NCBI GenBank assembly: GCA_963676835.2
Contig: CAXXFF010000003.1
Span: 832,001 to 896,000 of the forward strand
DNA length: 64,000 nt
Reading direction: 5' to 3'
From: Marispirochaeta sp.
Lineage (GTDB): Bacteria; Spirochaetota; Spirochaetia; JC444; Marispirochaetaceae
The notes beneath the pieces were generated by a model that worked only from the letters and a program-made list of their open reading frames with translations, had not been told where the DNA came from and ran no database searches. Below, in pieces: positions 20,001 to 28,369 of the stretch. The position numbers were made by a program, and so were the translations under genes. Positions within the stretch are counted from its first letter, which is position 1. Each line of letters begins with the position of its first letter.

Positions 20001-20241
20001 CTTTTCCCTCTTTAAGTTCCGCAAGAAATGACAGGCCGGATTCATGAGTTAGAATGTGTAGATCATCATCCTCATGCGTTGCTGAAAACTTCCAATTTCC
20101 TGTCTCTAAAGCCAACTGAGACAACGTACCAATAGGAGTCTTTTCTTTTACATAATAAAGAGGGTGTTCAAATTCTAGAGTCTCCTCGCGAATATTTTCT
20201 GACACATGAAACGAATCTTCCTGTATATTGGATTTCCTCAT
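17026..20241 (-). CDS. SF2 (ResIII/DEAD-like) helicase with putative C-terminal PD-(D/E)XK nuclease
   Basis: LPTGTGKT, DEAHH, FTATPYR, MLKEGFD, QFIGRFTR; C-terminal DDNSGESADIV...ELVHCK. Confidence 0.85.
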   Translation of the reverse strand: MRKSNIQEDSFHVSENIREETLEFEHPLYYVKEKTPIGTLSQLALETGNWKFSATHEDDDLHILTHESGLSFLAELKEGKGKNKGTYTIQGCVKHTASHGLSFFAGVNIQGVGDEGWKLRPAQLGATYALLAHWSLSNEVATVVLPTGTGKTETMLVATLADNANRTLVIIPTRDLKDQIAEKFMTWGILRKLGVIPKDALNPKVLVLDKTLPDTASIETLKTADVVVSTPALFARAHEDIKAKLPDIFSHVYFDEAHHVVAKEWDSIKGLFSGSKIVQFTATPYRNDRIPIEGKVVYNYPLSQAIEDDCFSKISLLTVDELHPKKKDRAIADVAMQRLREDRANGFTRHRIMVRVESRPKAETLFEKYKEWFPDETIVLIHSQTKNKKQLIQRIRNDEFTIVVCVEMLKEGFDYPNFKIAAVHGIHKSLSVLLQFIGRFTRTQQGLGDASFVVNYAEEKMSVELENLLQEGSGWEEVIKEIADAKKAEAESLLSFLQGCKPYAGFDSPDITLNPKLVYPALSCICYRCAKVDWRGFQDAFDLKKYALSQPYINTEENVFYFTSQKREKVKWARANEMRNQTWDLVVMHHDADSNILYIGFSEKRLDVEALVEAVTGTEPSPIKGDRVFRSFDSIKRLCIVHAGIFKPANHLHRYSRLSGADVTTELTKWKTGGRCDKSDFVGVGFRNGFPVSIGASVKGKIWSPARAGDLKEWKAWCLEIGAMVTDENIDSNLLLEDSAKKTNLEESYPDGITVLAADWADSLYDRIHKITLELPLEKTFLLAEASLNHTEIQDKSANFELKLIDESFSFSVVLGGEKGFSIEGLDDVNVSVEGLKSTAIPLKQFFQENPPTMFLLNGCTISGCVHTDYGDCDVQDIPSDRIKALSWDGVDYTVESYYKSSNPRDGSIQEYMMTRLVNSGAKIVFNDDNSGESADIVAIFMDDDEIRFELVHCKYSKAESGARLSDLYEVCGQAIVSLRYKWKPEEFIRHLERRDGTGVLKEKRFYHGNLDTLKQVSKALKYSNVSFEFAIAQPGVSVAALNADMKRLLGSVYSTVIEMTETKLKCYFSE

Positions 20242-20246
20242 TGATT

Positions 20247-21458
20247 TTACTCCTCAAAGGTTTTGACAATTTCCGGTTTTACCCTCCATTCGCCGGTAAG
20301 CATCTTCTGCATCAGGCCGCGCTTCTGGGTTTTGTATTTATCTGCGAGCTGTTTCAGCAGATCGATTTCGTATTGGCAAATGGACAGCGTTTCAGCAATT
20401 TCTTTCTGTTCTTCGAGGGGAGGAACTGGAATCTTGATGCTTAGGAAGTCTGGTATGCTTATCTGCTTCCCGTCCCGGATCCCGATGACAGCGAGGTTTA
20501 AGTACTTCTCAATGAAAATATAGGACTTGAAAAACAGCCGATAGAAGTCGCTATTCAATTCCATCTTTGGCCTCAACACCGTATATGCTAGGCTGATAAT
20601 CCCTTGGTAATTTGAGTACTCAATGCCTCCTTGGAAAGAACGAAGACTTATCGCAAAGTCACCTTGCTTGATGAGCTTGTAACTTGCAGTTGTCCCGTCT
20701 GGTGACATGACGCGACCTTCCAGCATGCTGCGAGGAATAACTCCACGGTCTTGAGTAACTGACAGAAGCTCTTCTTCGGGAAAGTTCTTTTCAGTTATCG
20801 TGTCGAACATTTTCTTCGGTTTTACATGGGACCAAGAATCGCACCTCTGGCTAATCAGTTTTTGAATCTGGCCCTTTAAGTTGGCTTCCTTCGCCTGAAT
20901 CAGTCGTTCAGTTTTCTCGATGGCCTCATCCCAAGAGGACAACAGATCGGCAATGGCTTTTTGTTCGGGAAGTGGGGGGATAACAAGTGTTAGCTTATCT
21001 AAAATTCCTTGATTGAGGTTCGAGATATTTGTACCACGACCATCCTTTACCAACTGCCTTTTTAATATACCTTTCTGCATCAATAAGCTAACATATCGAG
21101 AAGTTGTAAGAACTGAATGAATGCGAGCTCGAATACAAAAACCGCTGTATATTAGTAGTTTTGGAATGCACTCGATATGTAAACACCGTCCAACTAATTC
21201 CTTACTTCCATTAGAACGAACAAATACCAGATCCTCAGCCTCTAAAAAATTATCTTTAGAAGGCTGAGAGTTTAAATGGACACTTTTCAAGTCAATAGTA
21301 TCTTTCAGGCTAACTTTATCTTGAAAGTCTCCAACTCCTAGCATTTTAAGTTCAACACCTCTGTCAGATGCGCTGAAATTTGCACCATTTTTGAACTTAG
21401 CAATTTTGCCGAACTTAGTTTCAACCCATCCCAGAGGCAGAGGTTTCTTTGCTGTCAC
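20247..21458 (-). CDS. hsdS: Type I R-M specificity subunit S (two TRDs)
   Basis: Two PPL(P/E)EQKxIA conserved regions; C-terminal KRGLMQKMLTGEWRV. Confidence 0.95.
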   Translation of the reverse strand: MTAKKPLPLGWVETKFGKIAKFKNGANFSASDRGVELKMLGVGDFQDKVSLKDTIDLKSVHLNSQPSKDNFLEAEDLVFVRSNGSKELVGRCLHIECIPKLLIYSGFCIRARIHSVLTTSRYVSLLMQKGILKRQLVKDGRGTNISNLNQGILDKLTLVIPPLPEQKAIADLLSSWDEAIEKTERLIQAKEANLKGQIQKLISQRCDSWSHVKPKKMFDTITEKNFPEEELLSVTQDRGVIPRSMLEGRVMSPDGTTASYKLIKQGDFAISLRSFQGGIEYSNYQGIISLAYTVLRPKMELNSDFYRLFFKSYIFIEKYLNLAVIGIRDGKQISIPDFLSIKIPVPPLEEQKEIAETLSICQYEIDLLKQLADKYKTQKRGLMQKMLTGEWRVKPEIVKTFEE

Positions 21459-23020
21459 CGCTGAATCGCCTTGAGCTTCTCAGCCATCTTCACCCGCACC
21501 TCTGCCAGCTCTTTTTCAAGAGCATCAATCTCCACCTGTACCGCATCAATGTCGATCTCCTCTTCCTCTTCAAAGGTGTCCACATAGCGGGGGATATTGA
21601 GGTTGAAGTCGTTTTCCTTGATCTCGGCGAACTCAGCCACATGGGCGTACTTCTCTTCTTCCGCCCGGGCGGTGTAAGTCTCCATAATTCTATATAGATG
21701 ATCTTCCGAGAGGGTATTCTGATTCTTACCCGACACGAACTCGCGGCTGGCGTCGACAAAGAAGACGTTTTTACATTCTTCACGGACTCCGCCTTTTTCA
21801 CGGGAACGGTCAAAGACAAGAATCGCTACCGGAATGTTGGTGGTCGGGAACAGGTTGCCAGGCAGGCCGATCACGGCATCCAGCAGATTTTCCTCTATCA
21901 TTTTCTGGCGGATACGGCCTTCGGCTGCGCCCCGGAACAAGACGCCATGGGGCACCACCACGGCAACGCGGCCTTGCTTTTCAAGGGCGGTTTCCACCAT
22001 GTGGCTGATAAAGGCCCAGTCGCCTTTGCTCTTGGGCGGCACCCCGCGCCAGAAGCGATTGTACTGATCACTCTCGGCATTTTCGGCACCCCATTTGTCC
22101 AGTGAAAAAGGCGGATTGGCCACCACACAATTGAATTTCATCAGTCGATCGTTTTCAACCAGCAGCGGACTGTTCAGGGTGTCGCACCATTCCACCCGGG
22201 CGCTGTCAAAGCTGTGCAGGAACATATTCATCCGGCAGAGCGCCCATGTGCTTCCGTTGGATTCCTGCCCAAAGAGGGCAAAATTTCGGTCGCCTACATG
22301 TTTACCGGCCTGAATTAAAAGCCCACCTGATCCACATGCCGGGTCACAGATGCGATCGCCCGGTTTGGGCCCTGCCAGCCTGGCCACCAGTTCGGTCACC
22401 TTCAGCGGAGTAAAGAACTCTCCGGCCTTCTTTCCGGAGTCGGAGGCGAAGCGCTCAATCAAGTAAATGTAGGTATTACCGATCACATCCTCGGAAACGG
22501 CGCTGGGCTTCATGTTGAGTTGTGGTTTGTGAAAATCTTCCAGTAGAGTTTTGAGTCGACGATTGCGGTCCCTGGTTTTGCCGAGGTTGGCCTCACTGTT
22601 AAAGTCGATATTACGGAAAACCCCTTCGAGTTTGCTTTTGTTGCTCTCTTCAATATGATCGAGGACAATATTGATCAGCTCACCGATGTTGGCGGCAGAC
22701 CGGCGTTCATAGAGGCTGTAATAGGTAGCGGGGAATTCATCCAGAACCGTTTCTTCACCGGTTTCGTCATTCTTTTCAGAGAGCTTTACCACCGGGAGAA
22801 CAAAACGTTCACGCTCAAGCTTACGGCGGATACGAATATCATCGTCGCCATACTGCTTCTGATACTCTTCGTAGTGGTCCTGCCATACATCTGAGATGTA
22901 TTTTAAAAACAGCATCACGAGGATATAGTCTTTGTACTGCGCCGGGTCAACTACGCCTCGGAAGGTGTCACACGCCGCCCATGCCGCGTTGTTGATGTCT
23001 TTCTGATCAATCTTGTTCAT
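21455..23020 (-). CDS. hsdM: Type I R-M methyltransferase subunit M
   Basis: GEFFTP, DPACGSGG, NPPF, PHGVLFRG, NLNIPRYV. Confidence 0.97.
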   Translation of the reverse strand: MNKIDQKDINNAAWAACDTFRGVVDPAQYKDYILVMLFLKYISDVWQDHYEEYQKQYGDDDIRIRRKLERERFVLPVVKLSEKNDETGEETVLDEFPATYYSLYERRSAANIGELINIVLDHIEESNKSKLEGVFRNIDFNSEANLGKTRDRNRRLKTLLEDFHKPQLNMKPSAVSEDVIGNTYIYLIERFASDSGKKAGEFFTPLKVTELVARLAGPKPGDRICDPACGSGGLLIQAGKHVGDRNFALFGQESNGSTWALCRMNMFLHSFDSARVEWCDTLNSPLLVENDRLMKFNCVVANPPFSLDKWGAENAESDQYNRFWRGVPPKSKGDWAFISHMVETALEKQGRVAVVVPHGVLFRGAAEGRIRQKMIEENLLDAVIGLPGNLFPTTNIPVAILVFDRSREKGGVREECKNVFFVDASREFVSGKNQNTLSEDHLYRIMETYTARAEEEKYAHVAEFAEIKENDFNLNIPRYVDTFEEEEEIDIDAVQVEIDALEKELAEVRVKMAEKLKAIQR

Positions 23021-23342
23021 TATGTTCTCCTGTTTGCTGTAGTTTTTTGATGCCCGGGCTTCCCACGAGAGAAGTCAGCTGCTCTATGGCCATCTTGTTG
23101 AGAAGATCTGCCTCATGCTTAAAGGAGTCGAAATCGACCCTTTTAAAATCAGGGTTATTCAACTGCTCCCATAAACCGAGGAACTCAATGGTGCTTCTGT
23201 TCCGCATCCAGTTTTTGACAACATCCTTGGGCTCATCAGGGTTCTTATATCGGGCAATGTCGGTTAAGGAGATGTAATCATTTTCGTCGCCTTTGGAGAT
23301 AACAGTTATTTCTGTGCCATTGGCATTTATAGATGCTCTCAT
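23007..23342 (-). pseudogene. KilA-N domain protein, apparent in-frame internal deletion
   Basis: DYISLTDIARYK..NWMRNRSTIEFLGLWE..FKHEA joined directly to a C-terminal-like LNKMAIEQL; only 111 aa. Confidence 0.65.
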
Positions 23343-23923
23343 TTTGTATCTCCTTTTGCAACTTTCATAAGTACAGCACCGATGTACTGCTCTCGTTTAA
23401 TTGATAAGGTGTTCAGCAGGAACTGCTCACGAGCGGATAAATTAGCGATCTCTACTATCGAACGTTGCTGCTCTAAACTCGGAAGAACAACCTCCAGTTC
23501 TTCAACGGCATGTTTGCTGATCATCTTCTGAACAGTACCCTTGGCACGACTGGTTAAAAATATCTGAGCCTCACGTTGACTGATATACCAGTTCAAATAC
23601 TCAGGCAAAACCTTTTCAAGTTTTGTCACCCTAATCCTTAATAAAGGAGCGGCGACAACCGCCATTCCCGGGTCTTTAAGGAGAACCGCCGCCGTGTTTA
23701 CCTGTCCACGAGACCGAAATACCAGATCACCTCTTTGTGCGAGATGGTGATCTTTTATACCTTCCATATCGATTCTGACCAAATCATCACAATTCACAGT
23801 GTTATCATCCAGAAGGTCTTTCATCTGTATAACAGCGACTCTCCCACCTTCAATTGTCTCAAGGCGGGATCTGAATGAATATCCCATCTGTACAGTAGCC
23901 ACGCTTTTTAACTTAACCAGCAA
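23339..23923 (-). CDS. Single-TRD HsdS-like protein
   Basis: GDLVFRSRG, PEYLNWY, LPSLEQQRSIV; first gene of the R-M operon. Confidence 0.8.
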   Translation of the reverse strand: MLVKLKSVATVQMGYSFRSRLETIEGGRVAVIQMKDLLDDNTVNCDDLVRIDMEGIKDHHLAQRGDLVFRSRGQVNTAAVLLKDPGMAVVAAPLLRIRVTKLEKVLPEYLNWYISQREAQIFLTSRAKGTVQKMISKHAVEELEVVLPSLEQQRSIVEIANLSAREQFLLNTLSIKREQYIGAVLMKVAKGDTK

Positions 23924-23945
23924 AGCTCCCCCCTTCTCATTAAAT

Positions 23946-24025
23946 TACAGTAACACCATTTCTGCACATAGTACACATTTTCAACATTAAAATCAAGCAA
24001 ATAATACAGTATCACCATTTCTGCA
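23946..24025 (-). promoter_or_regulatory. Putative R-M operon promoter flanked by 21-bp direct repeats
   Basis: TACAGTA(A/T)CACCATTTCTGCA at 23946 and 24005; minus-strand TTGATT-17-TACTAT between them. Confidence 0.55.
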
Positions 24026-24147
24026 TTCTATAAAATGCAATAACAGCTGCGAAAGCTGGATATTTAGGGTGCCTGTATACAGAAAGAGGTAGAAAAATAG
24101 GATTTCGTTCTACTCAGTATGTAATGCCTTAAATGAAAGCTTAAAAC

Positions 24148-24260
24148 GACTGCCGGACAAGGGATTGCAGCGGTACCCCGCAGGCCCTCTCCTTTTGTTA
24201 AAAGGTGAGGGGCGAGGAGTTTTAGCGGAAAGCCCGGTGCCGCGGCAGCGGCATGGCCCC
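24148..24260 (+). repeat. REP-like structured intergenic element
   Basis: GGGATTGCAGCGG...long hairpin...AGCGGAAAGCCC then a second short hairpin; its first 21 bp are duplicated at 11330. Confidence 0.5.
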
Positions 24261-24333
24261 GAAGAGAACAAAGGTAATGCAGTATGCCCCTGAAAAAGAT
24301 TCAGGGACAAAAGCACGGACAAAAGAAGAGGAA

Positions 24334-25170
24334 TCAGCCCTTTACAGCTCCGGCGGTCATTCCGGAGATAAGCTGCCGCTGAATGAAGAAGAAGAGGATG
24401 ATAACCGGCAGGGCGCTTAGAACGCCTCCGGCGGTAAGGAGGCCCCACTCTATCTGGTACTCACCGATCATGTTCTGCAGGGCAACGGGAATGGTGCGCA
24501 CCCGGGTATTGGTAAGGATGGCGGCGTAGAGATACTCGTTCCAGGCGGTGATAAATACGTAGATTCCGGTGGAAAAGATACCCGGCATGGCCACCGGCAG
24601 AACAACCCGGATAAGAGCGCCCATGCGGGAACAGCCGTCGATCATGGCGGCTTTGTCCAGGTCGATGGGGATGGCGTTGAAGAAGCTGGTCAGCATCCAG
24701 GTGGAAAAGGGGATGGTGAAGGTTGAATACGCCAGGATCAGGGCGCCGTAGGTATCCATTATGTGCAGCACCTTCATCATGATGAACAGGGGTATGATGA
24801 GGAGCATGATGGGAAACATGTTGATTACCAGAAACTGCATGAGGAGATATTTGCGGCCGAAAAAGCGGAAGCGGGAGAAGGCGTAGCTTGCGGGAACGGT
24901 AAGAAAAAGCCCGACAATGGCGGTAAAAAAGGCGACCATAAAGCTGTCGAACATGTTCCAGGCGAAATTGAGTTTACTGAAAAGGCGTACATAGTTTTCC
25001 ATGGTGGGGTGTTCCGGAAAGAAGCGGAACTCCGCGCGGTAGAGCTCTTTTTCCATGGTTATGGATGAGATAAAGGTCCAGAGGTAGGGTCCCAATGCAA
25101 AGACCAGCACCAGCAGGACCGGAAGATAAACAGTCAGAAGCCGTTTGGCTTTTTTTCCCGGGAAGCTCAT
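24334..25170 (-). CDS. Carbohydrate ABC transporter permease (MalG-like)
   Basis: AAMIDGCS EAA loop, AWNEY, GMTAGAVKG. Confidence 0.93.
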   Translation of the reverse strand: MSFPGKKAKRLLTVYLPVLLVLVFALGPYLWTFISSITMEKELYRAEFRFFPEHPTMENYVRLFSKLNFAWNMFDSFMVAFFTAIVGLFLTVPASYAFSRFRFFGRKYLLMQFLVINMFPIMLLIIPLFIMMKVLHIMDTYGALILAYSTFTIPFSTWMLTSFFNAIPIDLDKAAMIDGCSRMGALIRVVLPVAMPGIFSTGIYVFITAWNEYLYAAILTNTRVRTIPVALQNMIGEYQIEWGLLTAGGVLSALPVIILFFFIQRQLISGMTAGAVKG

Positions 25171-26058
25171 CTATTTATCCTCCTTGAGGATGCTGCGTAT
25201 ATAGCCTGCCACAAAAATCATAAGGAAGACAGTGAGGATTACCGCCAGGGTGGAGGCGTAACCGAAATCCATGCCGCCTTTATAGGCCTTAACATAGGAG
25301 TAGACCGGCAGGGTGTATGTGCTGTAGCCCGGGCCTCCGCCGGTCATTATCAGGATAATATCCAGAGAGTTGGCCACCCAGATGGTTCTGAGCAGGATGG
25401 TGGTAAGGATAACCGGCTTGAGCATGGGCACCGTGATGGTCCAGAAGGCGGCGACCTTGCCGGCGCCGTCTATTTCCGCCGCCTCGTAGAGTTCCGAGGG
25501 AATTGCCTGCAGGCCCGCCAGCAGCATGACCGCGAAGAAGGGGAATCCCTGCCAGATAAGGGCCACTATTATAGACCCCAGGGCCGTGGAGCCTTGAGCA
25601 AGGAAGGGAATAAACTGATCAACCAGACCGAGGCGGGAGAGTATCTGGTTTATCAGTCCGTAGTTGCCGTCGTACATCCATCGCCACATAAGGGCGGTGA
25701 TAACCGACGGGGTTATCCAGGGTATGAGCATGAGTGACCGGGCAATACCCCGTCCGATAAAGACCTGATTAAAAAGCAGCGCGGCGGCAAAGCCGACGAG
25801 AAACTGCAGGGAGATTATGCTGACAATCCATATGACCGTTTTTGCAAGAGATGCGTAAAAAAGAGGGTCTGTAAACAGCTGGGCGTAATTTGCCAGACCG
25901 ATGAAACCGTGCTCCTGGGGTTTGTAGAGAATATAGTGGCTGAAGCTGTAGACGATTGTTCTGAACATGGGAAAAAAGACAATCATCATGGTCATAAGCA
26001 TAGCCGGGGAGACCAGCAGGTAGGGAAAGGGATCTAAACGGCGGCGCAGCTGTGGCAC
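25171..26058 (-). CDS. Carbohydrate ABC transporter permease (MalF-like)
   Basis: LYEAAEIDGA, WQGFPF; start taken at GTG 26058 with AGGAG RBS (ORF track gives 26121). Confidence 0.9.
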   Translation of the reverse strand: MPQLRRRLDPFPYLLVSPAMLMTMMIVFFPMFRTIVYSFSHYILYKPQEHGFIGLANYAQLFTDPLFYASLAKTVIWIVSIISLQFLVGFAAALLFNQVFIGRGIARSLMLIPWITPSVITALMWRWMYDGNYGLINQILSRLGLVDQFIPFLAQGSTALGSIIVALIWQGFPFFAVMLLAGLQAIPSELYEAAEIDGAGKVAAFWTITVPMLKPVILTTILLRTIWVANSLDIILIMTGGGPGYSTYTLPVYSYVKAYKGGMDFGYASTLAVILTVFLMIFVAGYIRSILKEDK

Positions 26059-26093
26059 TTCTTTTCTCCTTCTTTTCTGTGCAGCGCAGTAAA

Positions 26094-26118
26094 CAGGGGC
26101 GGCAGAAGCCGCCCCCTG
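26094..26118. terminator. Intercistronic hairpin after the binding-protein gene
   Basis: CAGGGGCGGC-AGAA-GCCGCCCCCTG. Confidence 0.55.
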
Positions 26119-26158
26119 CAATTTGCTTTACTGTTACTATACCCTATTTTGCCGGGTT

Positions 26159-27400
26159 TTAATCGGCAAAATGGTCGGCAATTTTCTGCATCATCTCTGC
26201 AGAGGTGATTTCTCCGGCAAAAGCCTGCTGCATAAGAGCCGGCCAGAGGGATTCTACAAACTCGGCGGTTCCTGCATGGGCGGGAAGAACACCGGCGAAG
26301 TCGGCAGAATCGGTGGTGGCTTTAAGGAAACGGTCCGCATCGGCGGAGGCGTTGCTCTTGTTGATGGAAACCTGGCCGGAAGATTTCTGCCAGATGGCAT
26401 TATTCTCGGCGGTTGCCAGGAATGCTGCCCACTTGAATGCTGCATCGGGCACTTTTGTTGCAGCAAATACGGCATTCTCTTCATCTCCAAAGGAGGTCCA
26501 GGCGCCTTTTGTTCCCATGGGTACCGGGGCTGCGGAGATTTTATCTCCCAGGGCTTCCTGCATCTGTGCTGCGCTTCCAAGGTGATGGATGGTCATGGCA
26601 GTGCGTCCGGAGATCATATTGGCAATGATTTCCTTGAATCCGTCGGAAGGAGTTGTGGGAGGACTGACTTTGTATTTGCGGTAGAGGTCAATAAACCACT
26701 GGTTGGCCGCAACTGCTTCCGCTGAGGTCAGTCCGCCGGGTTTATCGAAGGATGCGCCGGATGAAAGCACGAAGGTTCCCCACCAGTCGTGACCGCCCCG
26801 GGCGCCGCGGATACCGAATCCGTATACGTCGGGGGTTCCGTCGCCGTTGGTGTCACGGGTAAGCTTCTGGGCTACATCAAGGAATTCCGCCCGGGTTTTG
26901 GGAGGCTTCAGGCCCAGTTCATTGAACATGTCCGTGCGGTAGTAAAGATACAGGATTACCATCTGCAGCGGCATGTAGTACTGATGGCCGTCTTTGTATT
27001 TGGTAAGATCCCAGATCTTGTCGTATACATCATTTTTTCCCGACCAGCTTGATATGTAGCTGTCCAGAGGAAGCAGGGCATTCATCTCTACCAGCTGAGG
27101 CTGCCACCAGAGCTTTACCTGGGCAACATCGGGCGGATAGCCGCCGGCAACTGCGGTAAGAAGCTTCTGGTTGTAGGTGTCCCAGGCAACCCGTTCCGCT
27201 TCAATTTTGATACCGGGATTTTCGGCCTCGAACTTCTCGATCAGCGGATTGAGGGCTGTTTCGGGGTCATCGAAATGGTACCAGAACTTCACAACCTGAG
27301 TTTCTCCTCCAGAGGTTTCGGTTCCTTCGCTGCGTCCGCCGGCAAACAGAGCCGTACTGACGATTACAAGAATCAGCACCAGAATACAGGATTTTTTCAT
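26159..27400 (-). CDS. Sugar ABC transporter substrate-binding protein
   Basis: Signal peptide, FEAENPGIKI, GYPPDV, LYYRTDMF, DTNGDGTPDVYG. Confidence 0.92.
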   Translation of the reverse strand: MKKSCILVLILVIVSTALFAGGRSEGTETSGGETQVVKFWYHFDDPETALNPLIEKFEAENPGIKIEAERVAWDTYNQKLLTAVAGGYPPDVAQVKLWWQPQLVEMNALLPLDSYISSWSGKNDVYDKIWDLTKYKDGHQYYMPLQMVILYLYYRTDMFNELGLKPPKTRAEFLDVAQKLTRDTNGDGTPDVYGFGIRGARGGHDWWGTFVLSSGASFDKPGGLTSAEAVAANQWFIDLYRKYKVSPPTTPSDGFKEIIANMISGRTAMTIHHLGSAAQMQEALGDKISAAPVPMGTKGAWTSFGDEENAVFAATKVPDAAFKWAAFLATAENNAIWQKSSGQVSINKSNASADADRFLKATTDSADFAGVLPAHAGTAEFVESLWPALMQQAFAGEITSAEMMQKIADHFAD

Positions 27401-27409
27401 AAATCCCTC

Positions 27410-28369
27410 CTATTTTTTTTTCAGGACAAGCCTGACGTTCTCAACGATATCTGATGCGGTAAGTCCATATTTCTGTAAAATTTCCGCAGGTTCACCGGAT
27501 TCTCCAAAGGTATCCCGGACTCCCACCATGGAGAGAGGAACAGGATATTCCCTGATAAGCACCTCTGCACAGGCACTGCCCAGACCGCCGATAACGGTAT
27601 GCTCTTCGGCGCTTACCAGACAGCCGCACTCCTTTGCCGCCTGTATAAGGGTCGCTTCATCCAGGGGCTTAAGGGTATGCATATTGATTACTCTGACGTC
27701 CACTCCTTCCTTTGACAGGGTTTCCGCCGCCTCCAGGGCTGCGGCGACCATCATGCCTGTTGCCACCACCGCAGCATCCTTTCCAGGACGCAGAACACTC
27801 GCTTTTCCGACGGTAAAATCATCGTTCCCGGAGGTTATCACCGGTGTGGGTATCCGCCCCAGACGCAGATACACCGGGCCTTCAATCTCTGCAGCGGCAA
27901 TGGTGGCCCGGTAGGCTTCATTGGCATCGCAGGGAACAAGAACGGTCATGTTGGGAAGAAGCCGCATAAGACCGATATCCTCAAAACTCTGATGGGTGGC
28001 GCCGTCGGCTCCCACACACATGCCGCCGTGACTGGTGGCTATTTTAATATTGGCATTGTTATAGGCCGCCGACACCCGGATAGGCTGATTAGCCAGGCTG
28101 GTTGCAAAAACCGCAAAAGTAGTGGCAAAGGGAATAAGTCCGTCAATTGCCATTCCTGCGGCGGTTCCGATCATATCTGACTCTTTGATCCCCATCTGGA
28201 AGAAGCGTTCGGGAAACTCCCGGCCGAAACCTCCGACCTTTACTGCATCGGCGAGGTCTGCGGTAAGGGCAACTACCCTGCTGTTCTTCCTTCCAAGATC
28301 GATGAGGGCATCTCCGAAGGCATCCCGCATTGCTTTATTTCCGCTGTATGCTGTCATTTTTACTTTCAT
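27410..28369 (-). CDS. Transketolase C-terminal subunit
   Basis: MRDAFG, GIKESDM, DGATHQ, PVYLRLGR, EEHTVIGGLGS. Confidence 0.93.
   Translation of the reverse strand: MKVKMTAYSGNKAMRDAFGDALIDLGRKNSRVVALTADLADAVKVGGFGREFPERFFQMGIKESDMIGTAAGMAIDGLIPFATTFAVFATSLANQPIRVSAAYNNANIKIATSHGGMCVGADGATHQSFEDIGLMRLLPNMTVLVPCDANEAYRATIAAAEIEGPVYLRLGRIPTPVITSGNDDFTVGKASVLRPGKDAAVVATGMMVAAALEAAETLSKEGVDVRVINMHTLKPLDEATLIQAAKECGCLVSAEEHTVIGGLGSACAEVLIREYPVPLSMVGVRDTFGESGEPAEILQKYGLTASDIVENVRLVLKKK

Larger units (their letters stand above)
11330..24168. mobile_element. Type I R-M defence island bounded by a 21-bp direct repeat
   Basis: GACTGCCGGACAAGGGATTGC at 11330-11350 and 24148-24168; all enclosed genes on minus strand; no integrase inside. 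Confidence 0.6.

Noticed and set aside
20247..23923. Phase-variable hsdS shufflon
   Set aside because: Both S genes are co-oriented; no recombinase or long inverted repeats seen
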